From: Acidimicrobiales bacterium
GTDB taxonomy: Bacteria; Actinomycetota; Acidimicrobiia; Acidimicrobiales; Ilumatobacteraceae
Reading direction: 5' to 3'
Assembly (NCBI GenBank): GCA_030833305.1
Contig: JAURHL010000001.1
Span: 1 to 35,977 of the forward strand
Length of the DNA stretch: 35,977 nucleotides
The position numbers and the translations under genes were made by a program. Below are positions 9,470 through 19,017 of this stretch, piece after piece; the first letter of the stretch is position 1, and each line of letters opens with the position of its first letter. Below the pieces are notes generated by a model. It made no database searches. It was not told where the DNA came from and worked only from the letters and a program-made list of their open reading frames with translations.

Positions 9470-9480
9470 AAGTGGTTGGG

Positions 9481-10791
9481 TTAGGAGGCGGCGGCGAATC
9501 CGGCGTCGAGGTCGGCCAGGATGTCCTTGATCGACTCCAGCCCCACGCTCAACCGGATCAATCCCGGGTTCACACCCGACGCCACTTGCTCCTCGGCCGT
9601 CAGCTGGCTGTGCGTCGTCGACGACGGCTGGATCACCAGGCTGCGCACGTCACCGATGTTGGCCACGTGGCTGTGCAGCGACAGTCCCGCCACGAACTTC
9701 TCGCCCGCCTCACGACCACCCTTGATGTTGAACGCCAGCACCGAGCCGAAGCCACGTCCGCCGAAGTACTTCTTCGCCCGCTCGTGCCACGGGCTGCTCG
9801 GCAGTCCGGCGTAGTTCACGCTCTCCACCTGCGGGTGCTTGGCCAGGTACTCGCCCACCGCCTGCGCGTTGCTCCAGTGGCGTTCCATGCGCAACGACAA
9901 CGTCTCCAGACCCTGCAACAACATGAATGCGTTGAACGGAGACACTGCCATTCCGAGGTCGCGCAGCAACTGCACGCGGGCCTTCAGGATGTACGAACCC
10001 GCACCCAGCGCCGGCCAGTACGCCAGACCGTGATACGACGGATCGGGCTCGGTGAAGTTCGGGAACCGACCCGACGCCGAGAAGTCGAACTTGCCACCAT
10101 CGGTGATCGAGCCCGCCACCGACGTACCGTGACCGCCCACGAACTTGGTGAGCGAATGCACCACGATGTCGGCACCCCACTCCAGCGGACGAATGCCGTA
10201 CGGGCTCGGCACCGTATTGTCGACGATCAACGGCACGCCCACCTCGTGGGCCACCTTCGACACGCCCTCGATGTCGAACACGTCGTTGCGCGGATTCGCC
10301 AGCACCTCGCCGTAGAACGCCTTGGTGTTCGGGCGCGCCGCGGCCTTCCACTGCTGCAGATCGTGCGGGTCGTCCACGAAGGAGACCGAGATGCCCATCT
10401 TGGGCAGCGTGTAATGGAACAAGTTGTACGTGCCGCCGTACAGCGACGGCGACGCCACGATGTGGTCACCGGATTCGGCCAGCGTCAGGATCGCCAACGT
10501 CTCGGCCGCCTGTCCCGACGACACCACCAACGTGCCGGGCAGTCCGATCGCGGTCGTGACACCACCCTCGAGAGCGTTCACTCGTGACTCCACCGCCAAC
10601 TGCGTGGGGTTCATGATGCGGGTGTAGATGTTGCCCACCTCGGCCAACGCGAACAGGTTCGCGGCGTGCTGCGCGTCGCGGAACTCGTACGACGTGGTCT
10701 GGTAGATCGGCACCGCGCGGGCGCCGGTGGTCGGATCGGGTTCTCCGCCGACGTGGATCTGCTTGGTCTCGAAACCCCACTGTGCTGACAT
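9481..10791 (-). CDS. metY: O-acetylhomoserine aminocarboxypropyltransferase (sulfhydrylase)
   Basis: WGFETKQIHVGG, AVPIYQTTSY and SLTKFVGGHGTS (PLP lysine) motifs. Start taken at ATG 10791 (MSAQWGFETK) with AGGAGG upstream, rather than the longest-ORF start at 10851. Confidence 0.9.
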   Translation of the reverse strand: MSAQWGFETKQIHVGGEPDPTTGARAVPIYQTTSYEFRDAQHAANLFALAEVGNIYTRIMNPTQLAVESRVNALEGGVTTAIGLPGTLVVSSGQAAETLAILTLAESGDHIVASPSLYGGTYNLFHYTLPKMGISVSFVDDPHDLQQWKAAARPNTKAFYGEVLANPRNDVFDIEGVSKVAHEVGVPLIVDNTVPSPYGIRPLEWGADIVVHSLTKFVGGHGTSVAGSITDGGKFDFSASGRFPNFTEPDPSYHGLAYWPALGAGSYILKARVQLLRDLGMAVSPFNAFMLLQGLETLSLRMERHWSNAQAVGEYLAKHPQVESVNYAGLPSSPWHERAKKYFGGRGFGSVLAFNIKGGREAGEKFVAGLSLHSHVANIGDVRSLVIQPSSTTHSQLTAEEQVASGVNPGLIRLSVGLESIKDILADLDAGFAAAS

Positions 10792-10795
10792 GAAC

Positions 10796-10824
10796 GTGCC
10801 CTCCTGTTTGGAACAGGAGGGCAC
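10796..10824 (-). promoter_or_regulatory. 13-bp perfect hairpin enclosing the metY Shine-Dalgarno
   Basis: The minus-strand RNA reads GUGCCCUCCUGUU-CCA-AACAGGAGGGCAC and ends 4 nt before AUG 10791. The 3' arm contains AGGAGG. Confidence 0.55.
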
Positions 10825-10879
10825 GCTACCCAGTAATTCCCGACTCAACAAGTCGGATTTCGAATTGTCCGTTTTCGGG

Positions 10880-11911
<1,032 letters not shown>

Positions 11912-12463
11912 TCAACTTGCCTTTCCGTGTTTGACGGCCTTGAGGCGCGCCTCTTTGTCGAGCTTCGGAAGGGCCACGCGACCCGTCCGTTGGAGTTCCA
12001 CGATGCCGTAGCCGCGCAGAAGTTCCTCGAAGTCGTCGAGTTTGTCGGGACTTCCGTCCAAAGACACCGTGATGGCCTCGACTCCGACCGCCAGGATCTT
12101 GCCCTCGAAGATGTTCGTGAGCTCCACCACCTGCCCACGGTCCTCGGCCGGCACCCGAACCGTGGCCATGAGCAGCTCGCGTTCCACCGAACGACGGGGG
12201 TCGAGTTCGCTGATCTTCACCACGTCGACCAGCTTGAACAACTGCTTGACGACCTGCTCGAGCGGCGCCGACTCGACGTCGACGACGATGGTGATGCGGC
12301 TGAGCATGGGGTCCTCGGTGGGGGCCACCGCCAGGCTGAAGATGTTGTAACCACGGCGGGCGAACAGACCCGACACGCGAGCCAACACGCCGGGGCGGTT
12401 CTGCACCAGCACCGACAAGATCCCGTGGTTGAGCGATTTGCCGTGCGGATTAAACGCAGTCAT
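11912..12463 (-). CDS. ilvN: acetolactate synthase small (regulatory) subunit
   Basis: ACT-domain start HGILSVLVQNRPGVLARVSGLFARRGYNIFSLAV. The gene sits between ilvB and ilvC. Confidence 0.95.
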   Translation of the reverse strand: MTAFNPHGKSLNHGILSVLVQNRPGVLARVSGLFARRGYNIFSLAVAPTEDPMLSRITIVVDVESAPLEQVVKQLFKLVDVVKISELDPRRSVERELLMATVRVPAEDRGQVVELTNIFEGKILAVGVEAITVSLDGSPDKLDDFEELLRGYGIVELQRTGRVALPKLDKEARLKAVKHGKAS

Positions 12464-12492
12464 ATCGTGTTCTCCAGTTCTCTTCGCTCTAC

Positions 12493-14247
12493 TCAGCCGA
12501 GTTGTGCCCGGTACTGCTCTTGTGACGGGTGGACGAGTACTTCGTCGTTGCTCACACCAGCAGGGACCATCGGGAACACCTTCTCGCCGGCATCAACGCG
12601 GAAGTCGACGACGACGGGACGATCGTCGATGCTGTTGGCCTTCTCGATGGCGGGCTGCACTTCCTCGGGGCTCTCGACGCGAATGCCGATGCAACCCATG
12701 GATTCGGCCCACTTCACGAAGTCGGGCAACTCGGGTGACAGGTACACCTCGCTGTAGCGCTCCTCGTAGAACATCTCCTGCCACTGACGAACCATGCCGA
12801 GGTAGGAGTTGTTCAAGATGGCGACCTTGATCGGGATGCGCTCGACGCTGGCGGTGACCAACTCCTGCGCCGTCATCTGGAAGCAGCCGTCACCGTCGAC
12901 GGCCCACACGGTGCGATCGGGACGACCGACCTTGGCGCCGATGGCGGCGGGAACCGAGAAGCCCATTGTGCCGAGGCCACCCGAGTTCACCCACGTGTAC
13001 GGCTCGTTGAACTTCCAGTACTGCGACGACCACATCTGGTGCTGGCCGACACCGGAGCACAAGATGGTCCCTTCGGGCGCACCATCGCGCAACTGCTCGA
13101 GGCAGTACTGCGGCTTGAGTGCCTCACCCGGTTCGTTGGTCGGGTAGTACAGCGGGAACTGCTCGCGCCAGCCGCTGACCCGGCTCTTCCACGCCGAGAT
13201 GTCCTGTTGCTTCTCGCCGCCGTTCAACAGGTCCTTGATGGCCTTGATGATCTCCTCGATGACGAGGCGGCAGTCGCCGACGATCGGCACGTCGGGACGA
13301 CGCACCTTGCCCTGCTCGGCCGGGTCGATGTCGACGTGGATGATCTTGGCGTCGGGCGCGAAGGTGGCGACCTTGCCGGTGATGCGGTCGTCGAAACGTG
13401 CACCCAGCGTGATGAGCAGATCGCTCTTCTGCATGGCGGTGATGGCCGTGGCGTTGCCGTGCATGCCGGGCATGCCCAGACACAACGGATGATCGTCGGG
13501 GAACGCACCGCGCGCCATGAGCGTGGTAACCACCGGCGTGTCGATGAGCTCGGCCAGTTCGCGCAACGCGTCGGCCGCACGCGCCTTCAGGATTCCGCCA
13601 CCCGCGTAGAGGATGGGCTGCTTGGCGTCGAGGATCATGCGCGCGGCTTCCTTGATCATGCGCGGGTGACCCTTGCTCACGGGCTTGTATCCCGGAAGGC
13701 TGTCGAGCACTTCCTCGTCGGACGGCCAGTGCCACGTCATGGAGTTCTGCAGAACGTCCTTGGGGAGATCCAGGAGAACCGGACCGGGGCGACCGGTGGT
13801 GGCGATGTGGAACGCCTGACGCACCATCAACGGAACGTCGTCGGCCGACATGATGAGTTCGTTGTGCTTGGTGACGCTGCGGGTGATGCCGACGGTGTCG
13901 CATTCCTGGAACGCGTCGGTACCGATGGCCGTGGTGGGCACCTGACCGGTGATGCAGATCATGGGGATGGAGTCCATGTACGCGTCGCACAAGGGGGTGA
14001 CCATGTTGGTGGCCGCCGGGCCGGAGGTGACCATGGCGACGCCGGGCCGACCGGTGACGTGCGCGTACCCCTCGGCCATGTGTCCGGCGCCTTGCTCGTG
14101 ACGCACGAGGATGTGACGGATCGGGCTGTCGAGCAGGGGGTCGTAGGCGGGCAGGATGCAACCGCCGGGCAACCCGAAGATGGTGTCGACGTTCTCCAGC
14201 TCCAGGGCCCTGATGAGGGCCTGTGCACCGGTGATCTTCTGTGTCAT
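12493..14247 (-). CDS. ilvB: acetolactate synthase large (catalytic) subunit
   Basis: TGAQALIRALE..IFGLPGG N-terminus and the ThDP motif GGLGTMGFSVPAAIGAK...DGDGCFQM..NN. AGGAA lies 6 nt before ATG 14247. Confidence 0.95.
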   Translation of the reverse strand: MTQKITGAQALIRALELENVDTIFGLPGGCILPAYDPLLDSPIRHILVRHEQGAGHMAEGYAHVTGRPGVAMVTSGPAATNMVTPLCDAYMDSIPMICITGQVPTTAIGTDAFQECDTVGITRSVTKHNELIMSADDVPLMVRQAFHIATTGRPGPVLLDLPKDVLQNSMTWHWPSDEEVLDSLPGYKPVSKGHPRMIKEAARMILDAKQPILYAGGGILKARAADALRELAELIDTPVVTTLMARGAFPDDHPLCLGMPGMHGNATAITAMQKSDLLITLGARFDDRITGKVATFAPDAKIIHVDIDPAEQGKVRRPDVPIVGDCRLVIEEIIKAIKDLLNGGEKQQDISAWKSRVSGWREQFPLYYPTNEPGEALKPQYCLEQLRDGAPEGTILCSGVGQHQMWSSQYWKFNEPYTWVNSGGLGTMGFSVPAAIGAKVGRPDRTVWAVDGDGCFQMTAQELVTASVERIPIKVAILNNSYLGMVRQWQEMFYEERYSEVYLSPELPDFVKWAESMGCIGIRVESPEEVQPAIEKANSIDDRPVVVDFRVDAGEKVFPMVPAGVSNDEVLVHPSQEQYRAQLG

Positions 14248-14322
14248 GTCGGTTCCTGTGTCGTGTGTGCCGGCCTGACGGCCGGACGTGGATCTGATTG
14301 GTTCTTCCGACGGTGTCGAACC

Positions 14323-14355
14323 CCGAAAACGAAACGGCCCCCCTATCGGGAGGCC
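14323..14355 (-). terminator. ilvB attenuator (intrinsic terminator downstream of the leader peptide)
   Basis: Minus-strand RNA GGCCUCCC-GAUA-GGGGGGCC (8-bp stem with one G-U) is followed by GUUUCGUUUUCGG. It lies 28 nt after the leader stop and about 75 nt before the ilvB start. Confidence 0.65.
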
Positions 14356-14383
14356 GTACGACGCGCTCGAGGATACGAACGCG

Positions 14384-14446
14384 TCAGAGGATTACTACGA
14401 GCGCGAACGACAGGACCGAGGTCTCGGAGATGCGGTTCGCGTTCAT
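14384..14446 (-). CDS. ilvB leader peptide MNANRISETSVLSFALVVIL (20 aa)
   Basis: A small ORF ends in the codon run Leu-Val-Val-Ile-Leu (ctc gta gta atc ctc). GTA is a rare codon in this GC-rich DNA. There is no SD. A TTGTGA-17 nt-CACACT promoter-like pair ends 8 nt upstream of the ATG, suggesting a leaderless transcript. A terminator follows. Confidence 0.65.
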   Translation of the reverse strand: MNANRISETSVLSFALVVIL

Positions 14447-14512
14447 CACGGACAAGTGTGCCAGCGGGGCCGGAACTTCACAACCCACCCGGGACCGGGA
14501 TTTCGGGACCAA

Positions 14513-15421
14513 TCAGCCCGGGAAAGCACCCTGCAGCCGGGCCGCGGTGAGCGTGTTCTCCAGCAGACAGGCGATGGTCATCGGACCGGTGCCACCGGGC
14601 ATGGGCGTGATGTGTCCGGCCACCGCCTGCACCGCCTCGAAGTCCACGTCGCCGACGATCCCGGCTTCGGTGCGCGAGATGCCGACGTCGATGACCGCGG
14701 CGCCCGGTTTCACGTGCGCGGCCGTGATCAAACCGGGCTGGCCCACCGCACCGACCAGGATGTCGGCGTCACGACACACATCGACCAGATCCGCCGTTCG
14801 GCTGTGCGCGATGGTCACCGTGGCGTCCACGCCTTTGCGCGCCAGCAACAGCGACAGCGGTAACCCCACCAACGTGGAACGACCGATCACCACCGCTCGT
14901 CGGCCACGCGTCGGAACCGCATGACGCTCGAGCAACCGCATCACACCCAGCGGGGTGCACCCCACCAATCCGGGTAATCCACGGACCAGACGTCCCATCG
15001 ACTCGCTCGTCAGTCCGTCCACGTCCTTGTCCGCGGGGATCAATCGCAGCACCGCTTCTTCGTCGTAACTGGCGGGCAACGGACTCTGCACCAAGATGCC
15101 GTGCACGTTCGGGTCAGCGGCCAGAGCCGACACGACCTGTTCGACGCGCGCCTGACCCGCATCGGCGGGCAACACCTCGTTGCGGCTCAGCATGCCGGCC
15201 TTGGCGGCCTGCACGTGCTTGTTGCGCACGTACCGTTGGCTCGGCCCGTCGTCGCCGACGAGCACCGTGGCCAGACACACCGCGGGCGATCCTGCCGCCA
15301 CGATGGTGGCCGCCAATTCGGCGACGATTTCGTCACGCAAGCGATTGCCGTCCATCGAAATCGCCCCGCCGGGGGTGCGAGCGAACCCGTTCGGGTCGGT
15401 GTACGCGGGCTGGTTCGTCAC
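14513..15421 (-). CDS. folD: bifunctional methylenetetrahydrofolate dehydrogenase / methenyl-THF cyclohydrolase
   Basis: YVRNKHVQAAKAGM, VQSPLP, DKDVDG and PMPGGTGPMTIACLLENT motifs. The start is uncertain: GTG 15421 gives 302 aa, ATG 15355 (MDGNRL) gives about 280 aa. Confidence 0.88.
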   Translation of the reverse strand: MTNQPAYTDPNGFARTPGGAISMDGNRLRDEIVAELAATIVAAGSPAVCLATVLVGDDGPSQRYVRNKHVQAAKAGMLSRNEVLPADAGQARVEQVVSALAADPNVHGILVQSPLPASYDEEAVLRLIPADKDVDGLTSESMGRLVRGLPGLVGCTPLGVMRLLERHAVPTRGRRAVVIGRSTLVGLPLSLLLARKGVDATVTIAHSRTADLVDVCRDADILVGAVGQPGLITAAHVKPGAAVIDVGISRTEAGIVGDVDFEAVQAVAGHITPMPGGTGPMTIACLLENTLTAARLQGAFPG

Positions 15422-15464
15422 GGTGGTGATGCTACGGCGACCTCCGTGCGCCTAGCCTTACCCC

Positions 15465-16793
15465 ATGACCACACCCCCGTCACCCACTGTCGCGCCGGCC
15501 ACGGGCCGCCTCGGAGTGCTCACCGTCGGCCTCGGCGCCGTCGCCTCCACCCTCATCGCCGGCGTCGAACTCTCCAAGCGGGGTCTCGGCTCCCCCATCG
15601 GGTCGCTCACCCAGATGGGAACCATCCGACTCGGCAAGCGCACCGAGGATCGTTCACCGCTCATCAAGGACTTCGTTCCCCTGGCCACCCTCGACGACAT
15701 CGTCTGGGGCGCCTGGGACGTCTTCCCCGACGACGCCTACGTGTCGGCCAGCCGCGCCGGGGTGCTCGAAAGCGGCAAGCACATCGAGTCCATCAGCGAC
15801 GCTCTGCGCGAGGTGCGCCCCATGCAGGCCGCCTTCGAGCGCAAGTACGCCCGCAACCTCGACGGCGAGCACGTGAAGCCCACCACCAGCAAGCGGGCCA
15901 TGCTGAACGCCATCCGCGAGGACATCAACCGCTTCAAGGAAGAGAAGCAGTGCGATCGTCTCGTCATGATCTGGTGTGCCAGCACCGAGATCTTCATCGA
16001 GCCGGGTCGGGCCCACATGGACCTGGAGTCGTTCGAGAAGGCCATCGACGCCAACGACGAGACCGTCTCACCCGCTCAGCTCTACGCGTATGCCGCGTTG
16101 CTCGAGGGTGTCCCCTTCGCCAACGGTGCGCCGAACCTGGCCGTCGACGCTCCGGTGTTGCGTCAGCTGGCGACCGACCGCAACGTCGCGATCAGCGGCA
16201 AGGACTTCAAGACCGGCCAGACCCTCATGAAGACCGTTCTGGCCCCCATGTTGAAGGCCCGCATGCTCGGATTGTCGGGTTGGTACAGCACCAACATCCT
16301 CGGCAACCGTGACGGCGAGGTGCTCGACGCCCCCGAGAACTTCAAGACCAAGGAAGAGTCCAAGTTGGGCGTGCTCGAGGACATCTTGCAGCCCTCCAAA
16401 TACCCCGAGCTGTACGGCAACGTCTTCCACAAGGTGTCGATCAACTACTACCCGCCCCGCGGCGACGCCAAGGAAGGCTGGGACAACATCGACATCACCG
16501 GCTGGCTGGGCTACCCCATGCAGATCAAGGTGAACTTCCTCTGTCGCGACTCCATCCTCGCCGCACCGCTGGCCCTCGACCTGATCCTGTTCAGCGACCT
16601 GGCCGCGCGCGCCGGCATGGGTGGCATCCAGGAGTGGTTGAGCTTCTATTACAAGAGCCCGCAAGTGGCGCCCGGCCTGTACCCCGAGCACGACCTGTTC
16701 ATTCAGCTCACCAAGCTGAAGAACACGCTGCGCTGGATGATGGGCGAGGACGTCATCACCCACCTCGGCCGCGAGTACTACGAAGAGATGTGA
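15465..16793 (+). CDS. ino1: inositol-3-phosphate synthase (long form, 442 aa)
   Basis: LGAVASTLIAGV Rossmann start, FANGAPN, SGKDFKTGQT and GWYSTNILGNRDG motifs of myo-inositol-1-phosphate synthase. Confidence 0.88.
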   Translation: MTTPPSPTVAPATGRLGVLTVGLGAVASTLIAGVELSKRGLGSPIGSLTQMGTIRLGKRTEDRSPLIKDFVPLATLDDIVWGAWDVFPDDAYVSASRAGVLESGKHIESISDALREVRPMQAAFERKYARNLDGEHVKPTTSKRAMLNAIREDINRFKEEKQCDRLVMIWCASTEIFIEPGRAHMDLESFEKAIDANDETVSPAQLYAYAALLEGVPFANGAPNLAVDAPVLRQLATDRNVAISGKDFKTGQTLMKTVLAPMLKARMLGLSGWYSTNILGNRDGEVLDAPENFKTKEESKLGVLEDILQPSKYPELYGNVFHKVSINYYPPRGDAKEGWDNIDITGWLGYPMQIKVNFLCRDSILAAPLALDLILFSDLAARAGMGGIQEWLSFYYKSPQVAPGLYPEHDLFIQLTKLKNTLRWMMGEDVITHLGREYYEEM

Positions 16794-16800
16794 GTCGGCC

Positions 16801-19017
16801 GTGGCTCCACGGCGCTGGAACCCGTCCTCTTGGGTGAGCCTGTCGCCGAACGGCATCGGGCACACCAAACCGAATCACCTGGCCGAGATGACCAGGGTCG
16901 CGGTCAACGTTCGGCGCACCCCGAAGAAGGCGTGGAAGATCCTGAGCGAAGGCGTGTGCGACGGTTGCGCACTCGGGGTCGCCGGTCTGCACGACTGGAC
17001 TCTCGACGGCATCCACTTGTGCACCACACGCCTCAAGTTGCTGGAGGTGAACTGCGCGGCGCCGTTCGACCACAGCGTGCTGTCCGACGTGTCGTGGCTC
17101 ACCAAGCGCACCGGCACCGAGTTGCGCGAGATGGGTCGCCTCGCGCATCCGATGCGGCGACGACGGGGCGAGAGGGGTTTCCGGCCCGTCGAGTGGGACG
17201 AAGCCCTCGACGCCATCGCCTCGGCCATCAAGGTGGCCGGCGGTGACCGCACCGCCATCTATCTGACCAGTCGCGGACTCACCAACGAGGTGTACTACGT
17301 CGCCGGAAAAGCGGCCCGCGCCATGGGTGTGGCCAACATCGATTCCGCCGCCCGCACGTGCCACGCACCGTCGACGGTCGGCCTGAAGGCCACCATCGGT
17401 GTGGCCGCCAGCACGTGCAGCCTGCAGGACGTGCTGGAAACCGACCTCGTGGTGTTGTGGGGCGCGAACGTCGCGAACAACCAACCGGTCTTCACCAAGT
17501 ACCTCTACGAGGCCAAGAAGAACGGCGCCAAGGTCGTGGTCGTCAATCCGTATCTGGAACCCGGCCTCGAGCGCTACTGGGTGCCGTCGAAGCCGGAGTC
17601 GTTCCTGTTCGGCACGAAATTGTGCGACCTGCACGTGCCCGTGCGGCCCGAGGGCGACGTCGCGTTGGCGAACGCGTTGCTCAAACGCTTGATCGAGCGT
17701 GACGCGATCGACCAGAACTTCATCGATGCGCACACCAGCGGATGGGCCGAACTCGAACGACACCTGGCATCGCTCGACCCGGACGAACTCCTCGTCGGTG
17801 CCGGCATAGATGCCACGACCCTCGAGGCGCTCACCGATGTCTACGCGTCGGCTCGCGGTGCGATCCTGATCTGGAGCATGGGCATCACCCAACACCGCCA
17901 TGGCGTGGAGGGCGTGCAGGCCATCGTGAACGTGGCTCTCGCTCGGGGCAACGTCGGACGTGACGGCACCGGACTCATGCCCATTCGTGGGCACTCCGGT
18001 GTGCAGGGTGGCGCGGAGATGGGTGCGTACTCGACGGCCTTCCCCGGAGGAGTCGCCGTGAACGCCGAAAACGCTCGTGCACTGAGTGATCAGTGGGGGT
18101 TCGACGTTCCGTCGGCTCCGGGTCTGACCGCCCCCGAGATGGTGTTGGCGGCCGAACGAGACGCCATCGACGTGTTGTTCCTCGACGGCTCGAACTTCCT
18201 CGACGTGATGCCCGACCCCGATCGGGTGGCCACCGCGCTCTCGCGTGTGCCCCTGCGCGTGCACCAGGACATCGTGCTCACCTCGCAGATGTTCCTCGAG
18301 GGCGACGACGTGATCTTGTTGCCGGCGGCCACCCGTTACGAACAAGAAGGTGGCGGCACGAGCACCACCACCGAACGTCGCATCGCGTTCGGCCCGCAGG
18401 TGATCGACCCGCCCGGAGAGGCGCGAAGCGAGTGGCGCATCTTCGCCGACCTGGCGACTCGCGTTCGACCCTCCGTGGCCTCGGCCTTCGAGCTGGTGGA
18501 CAACCAGACGCTGCGCGCCGAGATCGCCCGGGTGGTGCCGATGTACGCCGGAATCGAGATGCTGCGCACCACTCACGACGCCGTTCAATACGGCGGCCGT
18601 CACCTGTGCGCGAACGGCGACTTCCCCCTGCCCGACGGACGTGCGGTTTTCACCGCCGTCGACGTTCGTCCGCCGAACCTGCCCGAGGGATCGTTCCTGC
18701 TCTCCACCCGACGGGGCAAACAGTTCAACAGCATGGTGTTCGCCGAACGAGACCCCCTGACCGGAGCGAGCCGCGACGCGGTGTACATCGATCGGCGCGA
18801 CGCCGCGACAATCGACGTGTCCCATGGCGACCGTGTCCTGATTCGCAGCGCCACGGGCACGATGAGGGGAACCGCTCACGTGGTGGATCTCCCTCGTCGG
18901 TCGTTGCAGGTGCACTGGCCCGAGGGCAACGTGCTGATCGACGCCGGACTCAACGAGGACTCCAGTCGAATCCCCGACTACAACGCGATCGTCACGATCG
19001 AGAAAGCGATGCCATGA
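16801..19017 (+). CDS. FdhF/YdeP-family molybdopterin oxidoreductase
   Basis: 738 aa. N-terminal GVCDGCALGVAG..CTTRL Cys cluster, MGITQHRHGV, and a C-terminal molybdopterin dinucleotide-binding-like domain. GTG start lies 7 nt after the ino1 stop. Confidence 0.85.
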   Translation: MAPRRWNPSSWVSLSPNGIGHTKPNHLAEMTRVAVNVRRTPKKAWKILSEGVCDGCALGVAGLHDWTLDGIHLCTTRLKLLEVNCAAPFDHSVLSDVSWLTKRTGTELREMGRLAHPMRRRRGERGFRPVEWDEALDAIASAIKVAGGDRTAIYLTSRGLTNEVYYVAGKAARAMGVANIDSAARTCHAPSTVGLKATIGVAASTCSLQDVLETDLVVLWGANVANNQPVFTKYLYEAKKNGAKVVVVNPYLEPGLERYWVPSKPESFLFGTKLCDLHVPVRPEGDVALANALLKRLIERDAIDQNFIDAHTSGWAELERHLASLDPDELLVGAGIDATTLEALTDVYASARGAILIWSMGITQHRHGVEGVQAIVNVALARGNVGRDGTGLMPIRGHSGVQGGAEMGAYSTAFPGGVAVNAENARALSDQWGFDVPSAPGLTAPEMVLAAERDAIDVLFLDGSNFLDVMPDPDRVATALSRVPLRVHQDIVLTSQMFLEGDDVILLPAATRYEQEGGGTSTTTERRIAFGPQVIDPPGEARSEWRIFADLATRVRPSVASAFELVDNQTLRAEIARVVPMYAGIEMLRTTHDAVQYGGRHLCANGDFPLPDGRAVFTAVDVRPPNLPEGSFLLSTRRGKQFNSMVFAERDPLTGASRDAVYIDRRDAATIDVSHGDRVLIRSATGTMRGTAHVVDLPRRSLQVHWPEGNVLIDAGLNEDSSRIPDYNAIVTIEKAMP

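Noticed and set aside
14270-14285. CCGGCC-tgac-GGCCGG hairpin between the attenuator and the ilvB start
   Set aside because: It is a short 6-bp GC stem with no U tract and no overlap with the SD. It is probably incidental secondary structure in the 5' UTR.
13039-14550. 503-aa plus-strand ORF that covers ilvB and its leader region
   Set aside because: It is antisense to ilvB and runs through the leader/attenuator. It shows no protein-like pattern.
16756-18915. 719-aa ORF on the minus strand
   Set aside because: It is fully antisense to the well-supported YdeP-family gene. Its product is Arg/Gly/His-rich with no motifs. It is a shadow ORF of the kind expected in high-GC DNA.
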